A program made the translations under genes and the position numbers. A stretch of DNA of 64,000 bases from an uncultured Candidatus Saccharibacteria bacterium (GTDB taxonomy: Bacteria; Patescibacteriota; Minisyncoccia; UBA6257; Colwellbacteraceae). The notes beneath the pieces were generated by a model. The model worked only from the letters and a program-made list of their open reading frames with translations, made no database searches and was not told the origin of the DNA. The stretch is from assembly GCA_964360065.1 (NCBI GenBank), contig CAYHTW010000001.1, positions 86,289 through 150,288 on the forward strand, in the 5' to 3' direction. This document shows, piece by piece, positions 1 to 8,424 of the stretch; position 1 is the first letter of the stretch, and each line of letters begins with the position of its first letter.

Positions 1-2
1 GG

Positions 3-737
3 CAAAACATCCGCTTCGGACTTTTAGCCATTAAAAATATCGGCTCTCACATTACTGACGTGATAGTAAGCGAAAGAATGAGGGGCGGACCATATGAGGG
101 CTTGGCGGATTTCGTGACCAGAATACACGACAGAGATCTGAATAAAAAATCTATGGAGGCTCTCATTAAAAGCGGGGCTATGGACTCCTTCGGCATTGAG
201 CGGGCCGCGGCGCTAAGCAGCCTCGAAGACATCCTTCGAACTGGTAACGGCATAAAAAAACAAAGCGTTTCAACGCAGACTGGCCTTTTTGGTTCTATGA
301 CCCCGATACAGATAAAATTACGGACAGATGTTCCCCCAGTCTCAAAAGCAGAACGCCTTGGCTGGGAGAAAGAACTCTTAGGACTTTATGTGACCGAGCA
401 TCCGTTGCGGGAATTCTTTGATAAGCTGGCTAAAGACGGCAAAAGAGTTACTCACATCAAAGAGGCTTATAAAATAATTAACGATGGTAAACCCATTTTA
501 ACCTACGGGGTAATCGTCTCTCTAAGCAATAAAGTGACCAAAGACGGCAAACCAATGTGCTTTGCCAAAATAGAGGATCTGACTGATAATATAGAAGTTC
601 TCATTTTTGAAGATATTCTTAAAAAGAATCTTGAAGTTTGGAAAGAAGGCAACGCCATTGCGATAACCGGCCGTATCTCCAGGAGGAACGGAGAACCTAA
701 AATCCTATGCAACGAAGCGAAAAAACTAATTCTTTAG
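3..737 (+). CDS. dnaE: DNA polymerase III alpha subunit, C-terminal part (5' truncated by window)
   Basis: Frame open from window start (NIRFGLLAIKNIG HhH), then EALIKSGAMDSF, WEKELLGLYVTEHPL and a C-terminal OB fold. Confidence 0.95.
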   Translation, partial: QNIRFGLLAIKNIGSHITDVIVSERMRGGPYEGLADFVTRIHDRDLNKKSMEALIKSGAMDSFGIERAAALSSLEDILRTGNGIKKQSVSTQTGLFGSMTPIQIKLRTDVPPVSKAERLGWEKELLGLYVTEHPLREFFDKLAKDGKRVTHIKEAYKIINDGKPILTYGVIVSLSNKVTKDGKPMCFAKIEDLTDNIEVLIFEDILKKNLEVWKEGNAIAITGRISRRNGEPKILCNEAKKLIL

Positions 738-2509
738 ACGCCCAAAGACATTCCCTTGCCCATATTTTAGCGGCGGTGGTTTTGGAAAAGTTTCCTGCCG
801 CCAAATTTGGTATCGGCCCGACTATAGACAATGGCTTCTATTACGATTTCCAGCTTCCTAAAAACCTCGCCCCCGAAGACTTAAAAGACCTAGAGAAAGA
901 GATGAGACGGCTCGTCAGAATGAATCTGACTTTTACCGGTAAAAAAGTTACTCCCGTAGCCGCCAAGAAGGCTTTTTCTAAACAGCCTTTTAAGCTGGAC
1001 CTAATAAAAGAATTTGTTAATCCGCCAGCTGGCGGAAAAAAACAACCACTCACCGTCTATGACACGATTGATAAAAGAACCGGCAAAGTTTATTTCTCCG
1101 ACCTTTGCAAAGGAGGGCATGTCAAAAGTACCTCGGAAATAAACGCTGATGCTTTCAGGCTTACTAAGGTTGCCGGAGCTTATTGGAGAGGAGACGAAAA
1201 AAATCCCCAGCTGCAGAGAATCTACGGCATAGCCTTTCATCAAGAGCAGGAACTTAAAGATTACCAGGAGATGCTCCGCTTAGCTGAAGCAAGCGACCAC
1301 AGAAACCTAGCCGATAAATTGCAGCTGTTTATGGTTGACGAAGGCATTGGGCGAGGCCTCCCTCTTTGGCTGCCCAACGCCTTCACGACCAGGAAGGTTC
1401 TGGAAGACTATATATATGAGCTGGAGAGACGATCCGGCTACAAGCACGTCTTAACTCCACATCTAGCCAAAGAAGATCTCTATAAGACCTCCGGACACTT
1501 AGCTCACTATAAGAACGATATGTATGCTCCGCTTGAGATTGACGGCACTAAATATTATTTGAGGCCGATGAATTGTCCCCACCACCACAGCATCTATAAA
1601 TATTCCAAAAGAAGTTATCGTGAACTGCCTTTGCGTATTGCCGAATTCGGAACGGTATATCGCTACGAAAGAAGCGGCACTTTAAGCGGGCTTGTAAGAG
1701 TCAGGGGGTTTACGCAAAATGACGCGCATATTTATACCGATGAAGAAAGATTGGAGAGCGAGATAGTCGGAGTTTTGAAGCTGCACAAGAAAGTTTATGA
1801 AGATATGGGCATTAGCGACTATTGGTACAGATTGTCACTCCCAGACTTTAAGAACAATAAAGAAAAGTATGGTGACGTAAAAAACAAGGCCATGTGGGAA
1901 AAGGGTTCGGCTGTTTTGAGAAAGGCGCTGAAGGAGACCGGCCACAAATTCGTGGAAGCTCCCGGAGAGGCGACTTTCTACGGACCGAAAATTGATATCC
2001 AAATAAAAGATATTTACGGCAAAGAGGAAAGCATCGCTACAATACAAGTTGATTACTACTCTGCTGGTAAATTTAATCTGAACTACATTAGTAAAGATGG
2101 TAAAGAAAAGTCTGTCATTATTGTTCACCGGGCGATATTCGGATCATTTGATAGGTTCTTCGCTTTCCTTATAGAAAAGACCTCTGGCAACCTCCCGGTC
2201 TGGCTCGCGCCAATACAAGTAAAGATCTTAGCGGTAAGCGATAAACATTCGGAGTACGCTGAAAGTATTAATAAGAAACTAATGGAGGCAGGACTCCGAA
2301 GCGAAGTGGCGCCAAGCGATGAAACTTTGGGCAAGAGAATCCGCCAGGCTGAAATGCAAAGAATTCCCTATATAGCGGTTGTGGGTGATGAAGAAGTAAA
2401 AGCTGGCACAATGAGTATACGAGTACGAGGAGGGGGCACTGGAGGGCAAGTTACGCCAGAGAGCCTCATTGAAACTATCCGCAAGCAATCAGATAAGCTC
2501 TCTTCTTAA
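707..2509 (+). CDS. thrS: Threonine--tRNA ligase (short form)
   Basis: RHSLAH, GFYYDF, DLCKGGH editing domain; RPMNCPHH, YRYERSG, RVRGFTQNDAH, FYGPKID. Confidence 0.97.
   Translation: MQRSEKTNSLDAQRHSLAHILAAVVLEKFPAAKFGIGPTIDNGFYYDFQLPKNLAPEDLKDLEKEMRRLVRMNLTFTGKKVTPVAAKKAFSKQPFKLDLIKEFVNPPAGGKKQPLTVYDTIDKRTGKVYFSDLCKGGHVKSTSEINADAFRLTKVAGAYWRGDEKNPQLQRIYGIAFHQEQELKDYQEMLRLAEASDHRNLADKLQLFMVDEGIGRGLPLWLPNAFTTRKVLEDYIYELERRSGYKHVLTPHLAKEDLYKTSGHLAHYKNDMYAPLEIDGTKYYLRPMNCPHHHSIYKYSKRSYRELPLRIAEFGTVYRYERSGTLSGLVRVRGFTQNDAHIYTDEERLESEIVGVLKLHKKVYEDMGISDYWYRLSLPDFKNNKEKYGDVKNKAMWEKGSAVLRKALKETGHKFVEAPGEATFYGPKIDIQIKDIYGKEESIATIQVDYYSAGKFNLNYISKDGKEKSVIIVHRAIFGSFDRFFAFLIEKTSGNLPVWLAPIQVKILAVSDKHSEYAESINKKLMEAGLRSEVAPSDETLGKRIRQAEMQRIPYIAVVGDEEVKAGTMSIRVRGGGTGGQVTPESLIETIRKQSDKLSS
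1021..1036. repeat. Perfect 16-bp palindrome TCCGCCAGCTGGCGGA inside thrS
   Basis: Read directly; encodes NPPAGG; family members at 2728, 6456, 9761, 31625, 53660. Confidence 0.9.
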
Positions 2510-2515
2510 TCATCC

Positions 2516-3430
2516 ATGGAGAAGTTTAAAGTAATAGCCGTGGTAGGGCCGACCTCCAGCGGCAAAAGCGATCTGGCTGTGGAATTAGCCAGGCGTTTTA
2601 ATGGTGAAGTGATCTCGGCTGACTCCAGGCAGGTATATAAGGGTTTAAATATCGGCAGCGGCAAGATCACAATAAGCGAGATGAAAGGCGTGCCTCATTA
2701 TCTGCTAGATGTTTCTTCTCCGAAAGCTCCGCCGGCTGGCGGATTCACCGTATCTAAATACAAAGCATTGGCTGCGAAAGCCATCAATAAAATTATCAAA
2801 AAGCGTAAAGTACCGATTATCTGCGGCGGCACTGGGCTTTACGTTGATACTGTTCTTTATAACTGGCCGATACCAGAGGTTAAAGCTGATACGAAGCTGA
2901 GAGCCAAACTCCATTTGCAGAGCGCCGAGAAATTATTTAAGACATTGCAGAAACTGGATCCGAATAGAGCTAAAAATATTGATAGATTCAATAAGCTAAG
3001 ACTGGTGAGAGCCTTGGAAATAATAAAAACTACGGGCTCTCCTGTCCCCTACTTCCAACTCTTTGATTTAAATGCGTCGCCATACGAGATACTTAAAATA
3101 GGATTAAGGCCTAAAACTAAACTACTTAAAGAGAAAATAAGAAATCGGCTTCTGAAAATGATTAAGGCCGGAATGGTCAGAGAAGTTAGAAATTTAAAAA
3201 AGAATGGAGTGAATTCCAAAAGACTGGAAAGTTTCGGTTTGGAGTACAGATATGTTAATAGATATCTGGAGGGCCGGATTAGTAAAAACGAGATGGTGGA
3301 AGAACTAACAAGCCAGATAAATCATTATGCCAAGCGGCAAATGACCTGGTTCAAGAGAGATAAAAATACTATTTGGTTAGATGCTCCAGGAGCATCTTTT
3401 TCAAAAGTTCGGGATTTCCTCTCCCCTTAA
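2516..3430 (+). CDS. miaA: tRNA dimethylallyltransferase
   Basis: GPTSSGKS, ISADSRQVY, GGTGLY, YAKRQMTWF. Confidence 0.97.
   Translation: MEKFKVIAVVGPTSSGKSDLAVELARRFNGEVISADSRQVYKGLNIGSGKITISEMKGVPHYLLDVSSPKAPPAGGFTVSKYKALAAKAINKIIKKRKVPIICGGTGLYVDTVLYNWPIPEVKADTKLRAKLHLQSAEKLFKTLQKLDPNRAKNIDRFNKLRLVRALEIIKTTGSPVPYFQLFDLNASPYEILKIGLRPKTKLLKEKIRNRLLKMIKAGMVREVRNLKKNGVNSKRLESFGLEYRYVNRYLEGRISKNEMVEELTSQINHYAKRQMTWFKRDKNTIWLDAPGASFSKVRDFLSP
2728..2743. repeat. Palindrome TCCGCCGGCTGGCGGA inside miaA
   Basis: Encodes APPAGG; the 20-mer GCTCCGCCGGCTGGCGGATT is identical to the leuS copy. Confidence 0.9.
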
Positions 3431-4826
3431 GCTCACTCATCGCTTTACCTATTAAGAACTGAAGAGAAACCTCTTTGCCTTTTCTATAGTCCTCTACAGC
3501 CTTGGAATTGGCTTCAATGATCCTAACAATCGTCTCCCGTAGAGTTCCCTCGTCATGAATTTGTGTTAATCCCCTTTTTTCAATGATATCTGATGGGTCA
3601 CCTCCAGTACTAAACATTTCCGCAAGCACTATTTTAGCTGCAGATGAAGAAGTTGACCCTTCAAAGACTATTGTTATAAATTCTGCAAAGTTCCCTGGCT
3701 TAATCATATCCGCTAACGGTCCTCGTTTAGCGTTAGGTTGGGCAAATAAATATTGAATATCACCCATTAAATAATTTGCAGTCATTTTCATCATCCTAAG
3801 ATGTTCATCTCCTTTTTTAGGCAGATTTTTATCTTCAACCAAAATGTCCAATTCAGAAATAGCTTCTTCAAAATATTTAGCAAATTTTCTATCTGAAACT
3901 AAAACTTCTACGTCTTGTGCTGGCAAACCATATTCGGAGACAAACCTCTTCCTTTTCTCGGCTGGCAATTCCGGTATCTCAATCTGAAGATTCTGTATGA
4001 CATCTGCCGGAATCGTGACAGGCGGCAGATCCGGTTCGGGAATATATCTGTAGTCGTGGGCGTTCTCTTTGGTTCTTTGTGAAAAAGTTTCCATCTTAAC
4101 ATCGTCCCACCCTCTGGTTTCTTGTTTAACTTTTTCGCCAGCCTCTAAAACTTTGACCTGCCTAGTCACTTCATAAGCAATGGCGTTTTTGACAGCGCTG
4201 AAGGAATTGATATTTTTAAGTTCCACTTTATCTCCTAGCTTATCGGTTTTAGAAACAGAAATGTTAGGCTCAACTCTCATTTGGCCTTTTTCCATATCGG
4301 CGTCGGAAACTCCCAAGTAACGCAGGATGAGCTGTAACTCTTTGGCGAAAGCAAAGGCTTCGTCAGCCGACTCAATATCCGGGTCAGTGACAAGCTCCAT
4401 TAAAGGAATGCCCGCTCTATTATAATCAACATAAGAAGATTTGCCGTCTTGCCCGTGCAGCAAACGGGCTGTGTCTTCTTCCAAATGAATCCTAGTCAGT
4501 TTAACGCCGTTTAAAGAGCCTCCTACAACCAGTGGTTCGTCGTATTGGGAAATCTGATAACCTTTAGGCAAGTCAGGGTAGAAGTAATTCTTCCTATCAA
4601 ACTTGGAAGGGTTGCCTATCTTGCTTCCTAAAGCCAAACCGACTTTAACGACGGCTTCAACTGCTTTCTTATTAATGGTCGGCAAAACACCCGGATGAGC
4701 CAAGCAGATGGGGCAAATATTCAAATTGGGGATCTTTTCGTCCGGATCGTTCTTGCAGGAACAAAACATCTTAGACTCCGTCTTAAGTTCCGCGTGTATT
4801 TCTAGTCCTATAATAGTTTTATACAT
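3369..4826 (-). CDS. gatB: Asp/Glu-tRNA amidotransferase subunit B
   Basis: IGLEIHAEL, FDRKNYFYPDLPKGYQISQ, RIHLEED, DYRYIPEPDLPP. Confidence 0.97.
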   Translation of the reverse strand: MYKTIIGLEIHAELKTESKMFCSCKNDPDEKIPNLNICPICLAHPGVLPTINKKAVEAVVKVGLALGSKIGNPSKFDRKNYFYPDLPKGYQISQYDEPLVVGGSLNGVKLTRIHLEEDTARLLHGQDGKSSYVDYNRAGIPLMELVTDPDIESADEAFAFAKELQLILRYLGVSDADMEKGQMRVEPNISVSKTDKLGDKVELKNINSFSAVKNAIAYEVTRQVKVLEAGEKVKQETRGWDDVKMETFSQRTKENAHDYRYIPEPDLPPVTIPADVIQNLQIEIPELPAEKRKRFVSEYGLPAQDVEVLVSDRKFAKYFEEAISELDILVEDKNLPKKGDEHLRMMKMTANYLMGDIQYLFAQPNAKRGPLADMIKPGNFAEFITIVFEGSTSSSAAKIVLAEMFSTGGDPSDIIEKRGLTQIHDEGTLRETIVRIIEANSKAVEDYRKGKEVSLQFLIGKAMSELKGRGNPELLKKMLLEHLTK

Positions 4827-4854
4827 TATTACAATTATAAACTTTATTCCGGAA

Positions 4855-4882
4855 ACAAAAAACGGGGCTTCCTATCCCCGTT
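4855..4882 (-). terminator. Intrinsic terminator after rplK
   Basis: AACGGGG-loop-CCCCGTT hairpin followed by a T-run on the minus strand. Confidence 0.7.
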
Positions 4883-4889
4883 CCTACAA

Positions 4890-5016
4890 TAGGACTTACA
4901 TAAACAGATGCAGTTCTAGGAGCACGAGTAAAATGGAACGAAATGTACTGATATAAGTACATTGAGCGAGATTTTACGCGGTGCGACAACGAAATGCGCT
5001 GTTTGTGTAAGTCCTA
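4890..5016. mobile_element. 127-bp MITE-like nested hairpin element
   Basis: Terminal inverted repeats TAGGACTTACATAAACAG / CTGTTTGTGTAAGTCCTA (17/18) with internal nested IRs; right end supplies the rplK stop codon. Confidence 0.7.
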
Positions 5017-5439
5017 ACTTACATCAATGCCCATACTGCGGGCGGTACCGGCGATAATCTTCTCGGCTGCTGCGGCGTCGTAGGCGTTCAAATCAACCAT
5101 TTTACGCTCAGCAATTTTCTTAACATCAGCTCGACTCACTTTACCTACCTTAGTTTTATTAGGTACGCCTGAGCCTTTCTCCACCCCAGCGGCTTTTCTT
5201 AGTAAATCCGAAGCTGGAGGAGTCTTCAATTTAAAAGTGAAAGACCTGTCCTCAAAGATGGTAATCTCGGCCGGGACGATGTCGTTACCCATTTCTTTAG
5301 TAGCTTCATTAAACTGCCTGCAGAATTCCTGGATATTCACACCCTGGGGGCCTAGGGCTGTACCAATCGGAGGAGCTGGATTAGCTTTGGTGGCCTCAAT
5401 TTGGATCTTTATTATTGTTTTTACTTTCTTAGCTGCCAT
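5014..5439 (-). CDS. rplK: 50S ribosomal protein L11
   Basis: [27 protein letters not shown]. Confidence 0.98.
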   Translation of the reverse strand: MAAKKVKTIIKIQIEATKANPAPPIGTALGPQGVNIQEFCRQFNEATKEMGNDIVPAEITIFEDRSFTFKLKTPPASDLLRKAAGVEKGSGVPNKTKVGKVSRADVKKIAERKMVDLNAYDAAAAEKIIAGTARSMGIDVS

Positions 5440-5455
5440 AGGACTATTATTATAT

Positions 5456-6010
5456 TTAATTTTTTTTGATTTGCAATGAGTCCAGCTCCACGGCAGTATC
5501 CCGGCCGAAAACCGGCACTAAAACCTTAACTCTGCCTCTCGACTCATCAACTTCTGAAATCTTACCATCATAATCCTTGAATGGCCCGTCAGTTATTCGA
5601 ACCATCTCACCAATTCTGAAATCAACTTTAAATTTAGGCTCATCTCCGCTCATCCTGGCCTTCAAAGATTCTACCTCTTCATAAGACAAAGGCGTGGGGC
5701 TTGTGCTGTCAGATCCCACGAAACCAGTAACACGAGGAGTGTTGCGAACCACGTACCAGGAATCGGGCTCCATAATCATTTCCACTAAAACATAACCAGG
5801 ATAGATTTTCTCTTCTGTGGTAGTTCTCTTACCAGCTTTAATCTTAATACTCTTCTCTTTAGGAACGATGATGTTAAAAATTTTGTCGTTCATCGCCAAT
5901 GACTCAACCCTTTGCTTTAAGTAACGAGAAACGGCGTCTTCGTAACCGGCGTACGTGTGAACCGCGTACCAGCGTCTTAAATCAGTTTTTTCTTCTTTGA
6001 CGGCTTTCAT
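5456..6010 (-). CDS. nusG: Transcription termination/antitermination factor NusG
   Basis: [35 protein letters not shown] motif DGPFKDY. Confidence 0.98.
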   Translation of the reverse strand: MKAVKEEKTDLRRWYAVHTYAGYEDAVSRYLKQRVESLAMNDKIFNIIVPKEKSIKIKAGKRTTTEEKIYPGYVLVEMIMEPDSWYVVRNTPRVTGFVGSDSTSPTPLSYEEVESLKARMSGDEPKFKVDFRIGEMVRITDGPFKDYDGKISEVDESRGRVKVLVPVFGRDTAVELDSLQIKKN

Positions 6011-6011
6011 A

Positions 6012-6200
6012 TTAAATCTTCAAGACTCTCTCCAGGATAGTAATAAATATATAGTCCAAAGCTCCCAAAAAGGCCGCCACAAAAATGGAAATAGCAATCA
6101 CAACTATAACCATTTTAGTGGCTTCTTTTCTGGTGGGCCAGTTGATACGTTTAAATTCCTCCTGGGACTCGGCTAAAAAGAGCCTGATTCGGGTAAACAT
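6012..6200 (-). CDS. secE: Preprotein translocase subunit SecE
   Basis: EFKRINWPTRKE plus one TM helix, upstream of nusG. Confidence 0.95.
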   Translation of the reverse strand: MFTRIRLFLAESQEEFKRINWPTRKEATKMVIVVIAISIFVAAFLGALDYIFITILERVLKI

Positions 6201-6227
6201 TATTTATGTAGAATAGTAAAAAATCGC

Positions 6228-8201
6228 CTATAAATCAAGGTTGGCGACTTGATGGCCCTTACTCATGATGAAGTGCTTCCTAGGCATCACTTCCGAACCC
6301 ATCAAAATATCAAAGAGTTTGTCGGCTTCGTGGGCATCTTCTACCGTGATTTGTTTCAGAAGACGGGTAGCCGGATCCATAGTAGTTTCCCAGAGTTGAC
6401 CCGGGTTCATCTCTCCCAAACCCTTGTAACGCTGGATATTAACATTGGCTGCTTTTCCGCCCGAGGCGCCTGCCTGTCCGGTAGGCAGGGATCCGCCTTT
6501 GGCGGAGAATTCTTTGAGGACTACGTCCTTCTCTACATCATCAAAAGCATATTTCACGGTCTTACCGGCGGATAACCTGTAGAGAGGAGGAGTAGCTATA
6601 TAGAGATACCCCGCTTCTATGATTTTAGGGAAATGGCGATAGAAAAGACTTAGCAGCAATGTGCGGATGTGAGCTCCATCAACGTCGGCATCGGTCATAA
6701 TTATAATCTTGTGATAGCGAATTTTAGCAAGATCAAACCCTTCGGCGATAGCTGTACCTAAAGCGATAACCAGGGACCTGATTTCTTTGTTGGCCAAAAT
6801 TTTATCGACCCTCGCTTTTTCCACATTCAAAATCTTGCCTCTTAAAGGCAGAATAGCTTGGAACCTTCTGTCTCTTCCTTGCTTGGCGCTGCCTCCGGCC
6901 GAATCCCCTTCAACTAGGAAGAGCTCCCCTTCTTCGGCTTTTCTGGTTTGGCAGTCGGAAAGTTTTCCAGGTAAAGCCAAACCCTCCAAAATACCTTTCC
7001 TTAAAATAGTTTCCTTGGCGGCTTTAGCGGCAGCGCGTGCTTTAGCGGCCAAAAGAGATTTGCCGACAATGGAACGGGCATCATTAGGGTGAGTTTCTAA
7101 GTATGACTTCAGGGCATCGGCTACTACGGTTTCTACAGCGCTTCTGGCTTCCGTATTACCTAACCTCGCTTTAGTCTGGCCTTCAAACTGCGGGTCGCGG
7201 ATTTTGACTGATATTATAGCGGCCAGGCCCTCTCGCACGTCGTCCCCCGTCAGATTATCTTCTTTTTCTTTAATATAACCTTCTTTCCTGCCATAGTCGT
7301 TTAGAACTCTAGTCAGAGCCGTACGGAAACCGGTTAAGTGCATACCGCCGTCGGTGGTATAAATGTTATTGGCGAAGGACATCTCTTTAATCTCCATGCC
7401 TTCGTTGTAAGAGAAGGCTACTTCCACGCCAACTCCTTCATATTCTTTTTCAACATAGAAAATGTCGTTTTGGATTAGCTTATCTCCACCATCATTCAAG
7501 TAATCCAAGAAGGACTTGATGCCTCCATCAAATTTAAAAGCGTGATAGAAAAGAGCTTCGTCGCGCTCATCTATAAGAACAATACGCACTCCCTTAGTAA
7601 GATAGGCTTGATCTCGGAGATAATCCAAAATCTTTTTTCTCTCAAACTCGGTCTTGGGGAAAATACTTTTATCAGGCAAAAAAGTTACCTTGGTGCCGGT
7701 ACGGTATCCCTTGCCCTCTTCTTTAACTTTTCCCTGGGGGACGCCTCTTTTATATTCTTGGGCATAAAGTTTACCATCACGGGTTACTTCAACCCTAAGC
7801 CAGTCTGACAAGGCATTAACCACTGAAACGCCTACGCCGTGCAAACCTCCAGAAACTTTATAAGCTTCTCCTCCGAATTTTCCTCCGGCATGCAAAACCG
7901 TCATAACAGTTTCCAAAGTAGATTTTTTGGTCTGCTTATGAGCTTCAATCGGTATACCCCTGCCGTTATCCAAAACGCTCAAGAGATTGTCTTTCAGGAT
8001 CCTGACTTCAATGTCATCAGCAAAGCCAGCCGTCGCTTCATCAATGGCGTTATTAACAACTTCCCAAACGAGATGGTGCAAGCCAGCCACATCAGTCGTT
8101 CCAACGTACATACCTGGTCTCTTGCGGACAGGGTCTAAGCCCTCAAGAACTTGAATGTCTGCGGCCGTATATGAGGTTGGTTTTTTGTCTTCTTTAGCCA
8201 T
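6228..8201 (-). CDS. gyrB: DNA gyrase subunit B
   Basis: VRKRPGMY, SGGLHGVGVSVVNALS, VEGDSAGG, PLRGK, TDADVDG, QRYKGLGEMNP. Confidence 0.96.
   Translation of the reverse strand: MAKEDKKPTSYTAADIQVLEGLDPVRKRPGMYVGTTDVAGLHHLVWEVVNNAIDEATAGFADDIEVRILKDNLLSVLDNGRGIPIEAHKQTKKSTLETVMTVLHAGGKFGGEAYKVSGGLHGVGVSVVNALSDWLRVEVTRDGKLYAQEYKRGVPQGKVKEEGKGYRTGTKVTFLPDKSIFPKTEFERKKILDYLRDQAYLTKGVRIVLIDERDEALFYHAFKFDGGIKSFLDYLNDGGDKLIQNDIFYVEKEYEGVGVEVAFSYNEGMEIKEMSFANNIYTTDGGMHLTGFRTALTRVLNDYGRKEGYIKEKEDNLTGDDVREGLAAIISVKIRDPQFEGQTKARLGNTEARSAVETVVADALKSYLETHPNDARSIVGKSLLAAKARAAAKAAKETILRKGILEGLALPGKLSDCQTRKAEEGELFLVEGDSAGGSAKQGRDRRFQAILPLRGKILNVEKARVDKILANKEIRSLVIALGTAIAEGFDLAKIRYHKIIIMTDADVDGAHIRTLLLSLFYRHFPKIIEAGYLYIATPPLYRLSAGKTVKYAFDDVEKDVVLKEFSAKGGSLPTGQAGASGGKAANVNIQRYKGLGEMNPGQLWETTMDPATRLLKQITVEDAHEADKLFDILMGSEVMPRKHFIMSKGHQVANLDL
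6456..6506. repeat. Nested palindromic in-frame insertion (51 bp) in gyrB
   Basis: TCCGCCCGAGGCG[CCTGCCTGTCCGGTAGGCAGG]GATCCGCCTTTGGCGGA, encoding SAKGGSLPTGQAGASGG. Confidence 0.85.
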
Positions 8202-8308
8202 AATTATAAAATAAAACGCCCAAGTTTTAGGCCATTAAATTATAACTCAAATAGCCCTTGAAAACAAGTGCAAAGAAAGCCAAAAAACTCAGTATTAATG
8301 GGGATTAA

Positions 8309-8423
8309 TTAACTAATAACGGCTTCTAGGGTAGAGACTAAAGAATCTTCGGTTTTTTTCTATTTCTCGATCCACTTCGGCATCCGTTAAAATGCCGGAA
8401 TCAGAGCGAAAAACTATACAGAA
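8309..8423 (-). pseudogene. Frameshifted remnant resembling the C-terminal FDX-ACB domain of PheRS beta (pheT)
   Basis: Manual translation FCIVFRSDSGILTDAEVDREIEK(+1 A)TEDSLVSTLEAVIS*, directly after the PheRS stop. Confidence 0.6.
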
Positions 8424-8424
8424 A

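Noticed and set aside
3710-3732. CGCTAA..TTAGCG hairpin in a variable part of gatB as another insert
   Set aside because: The stem is short and matches none of the repeat families; it cannot be told from chance without an alignment.
4708-4956. 82-aa plus-strand ORF
   Set aside because: It is antisense to gatB and runs through a terminator and the MITE-like element.
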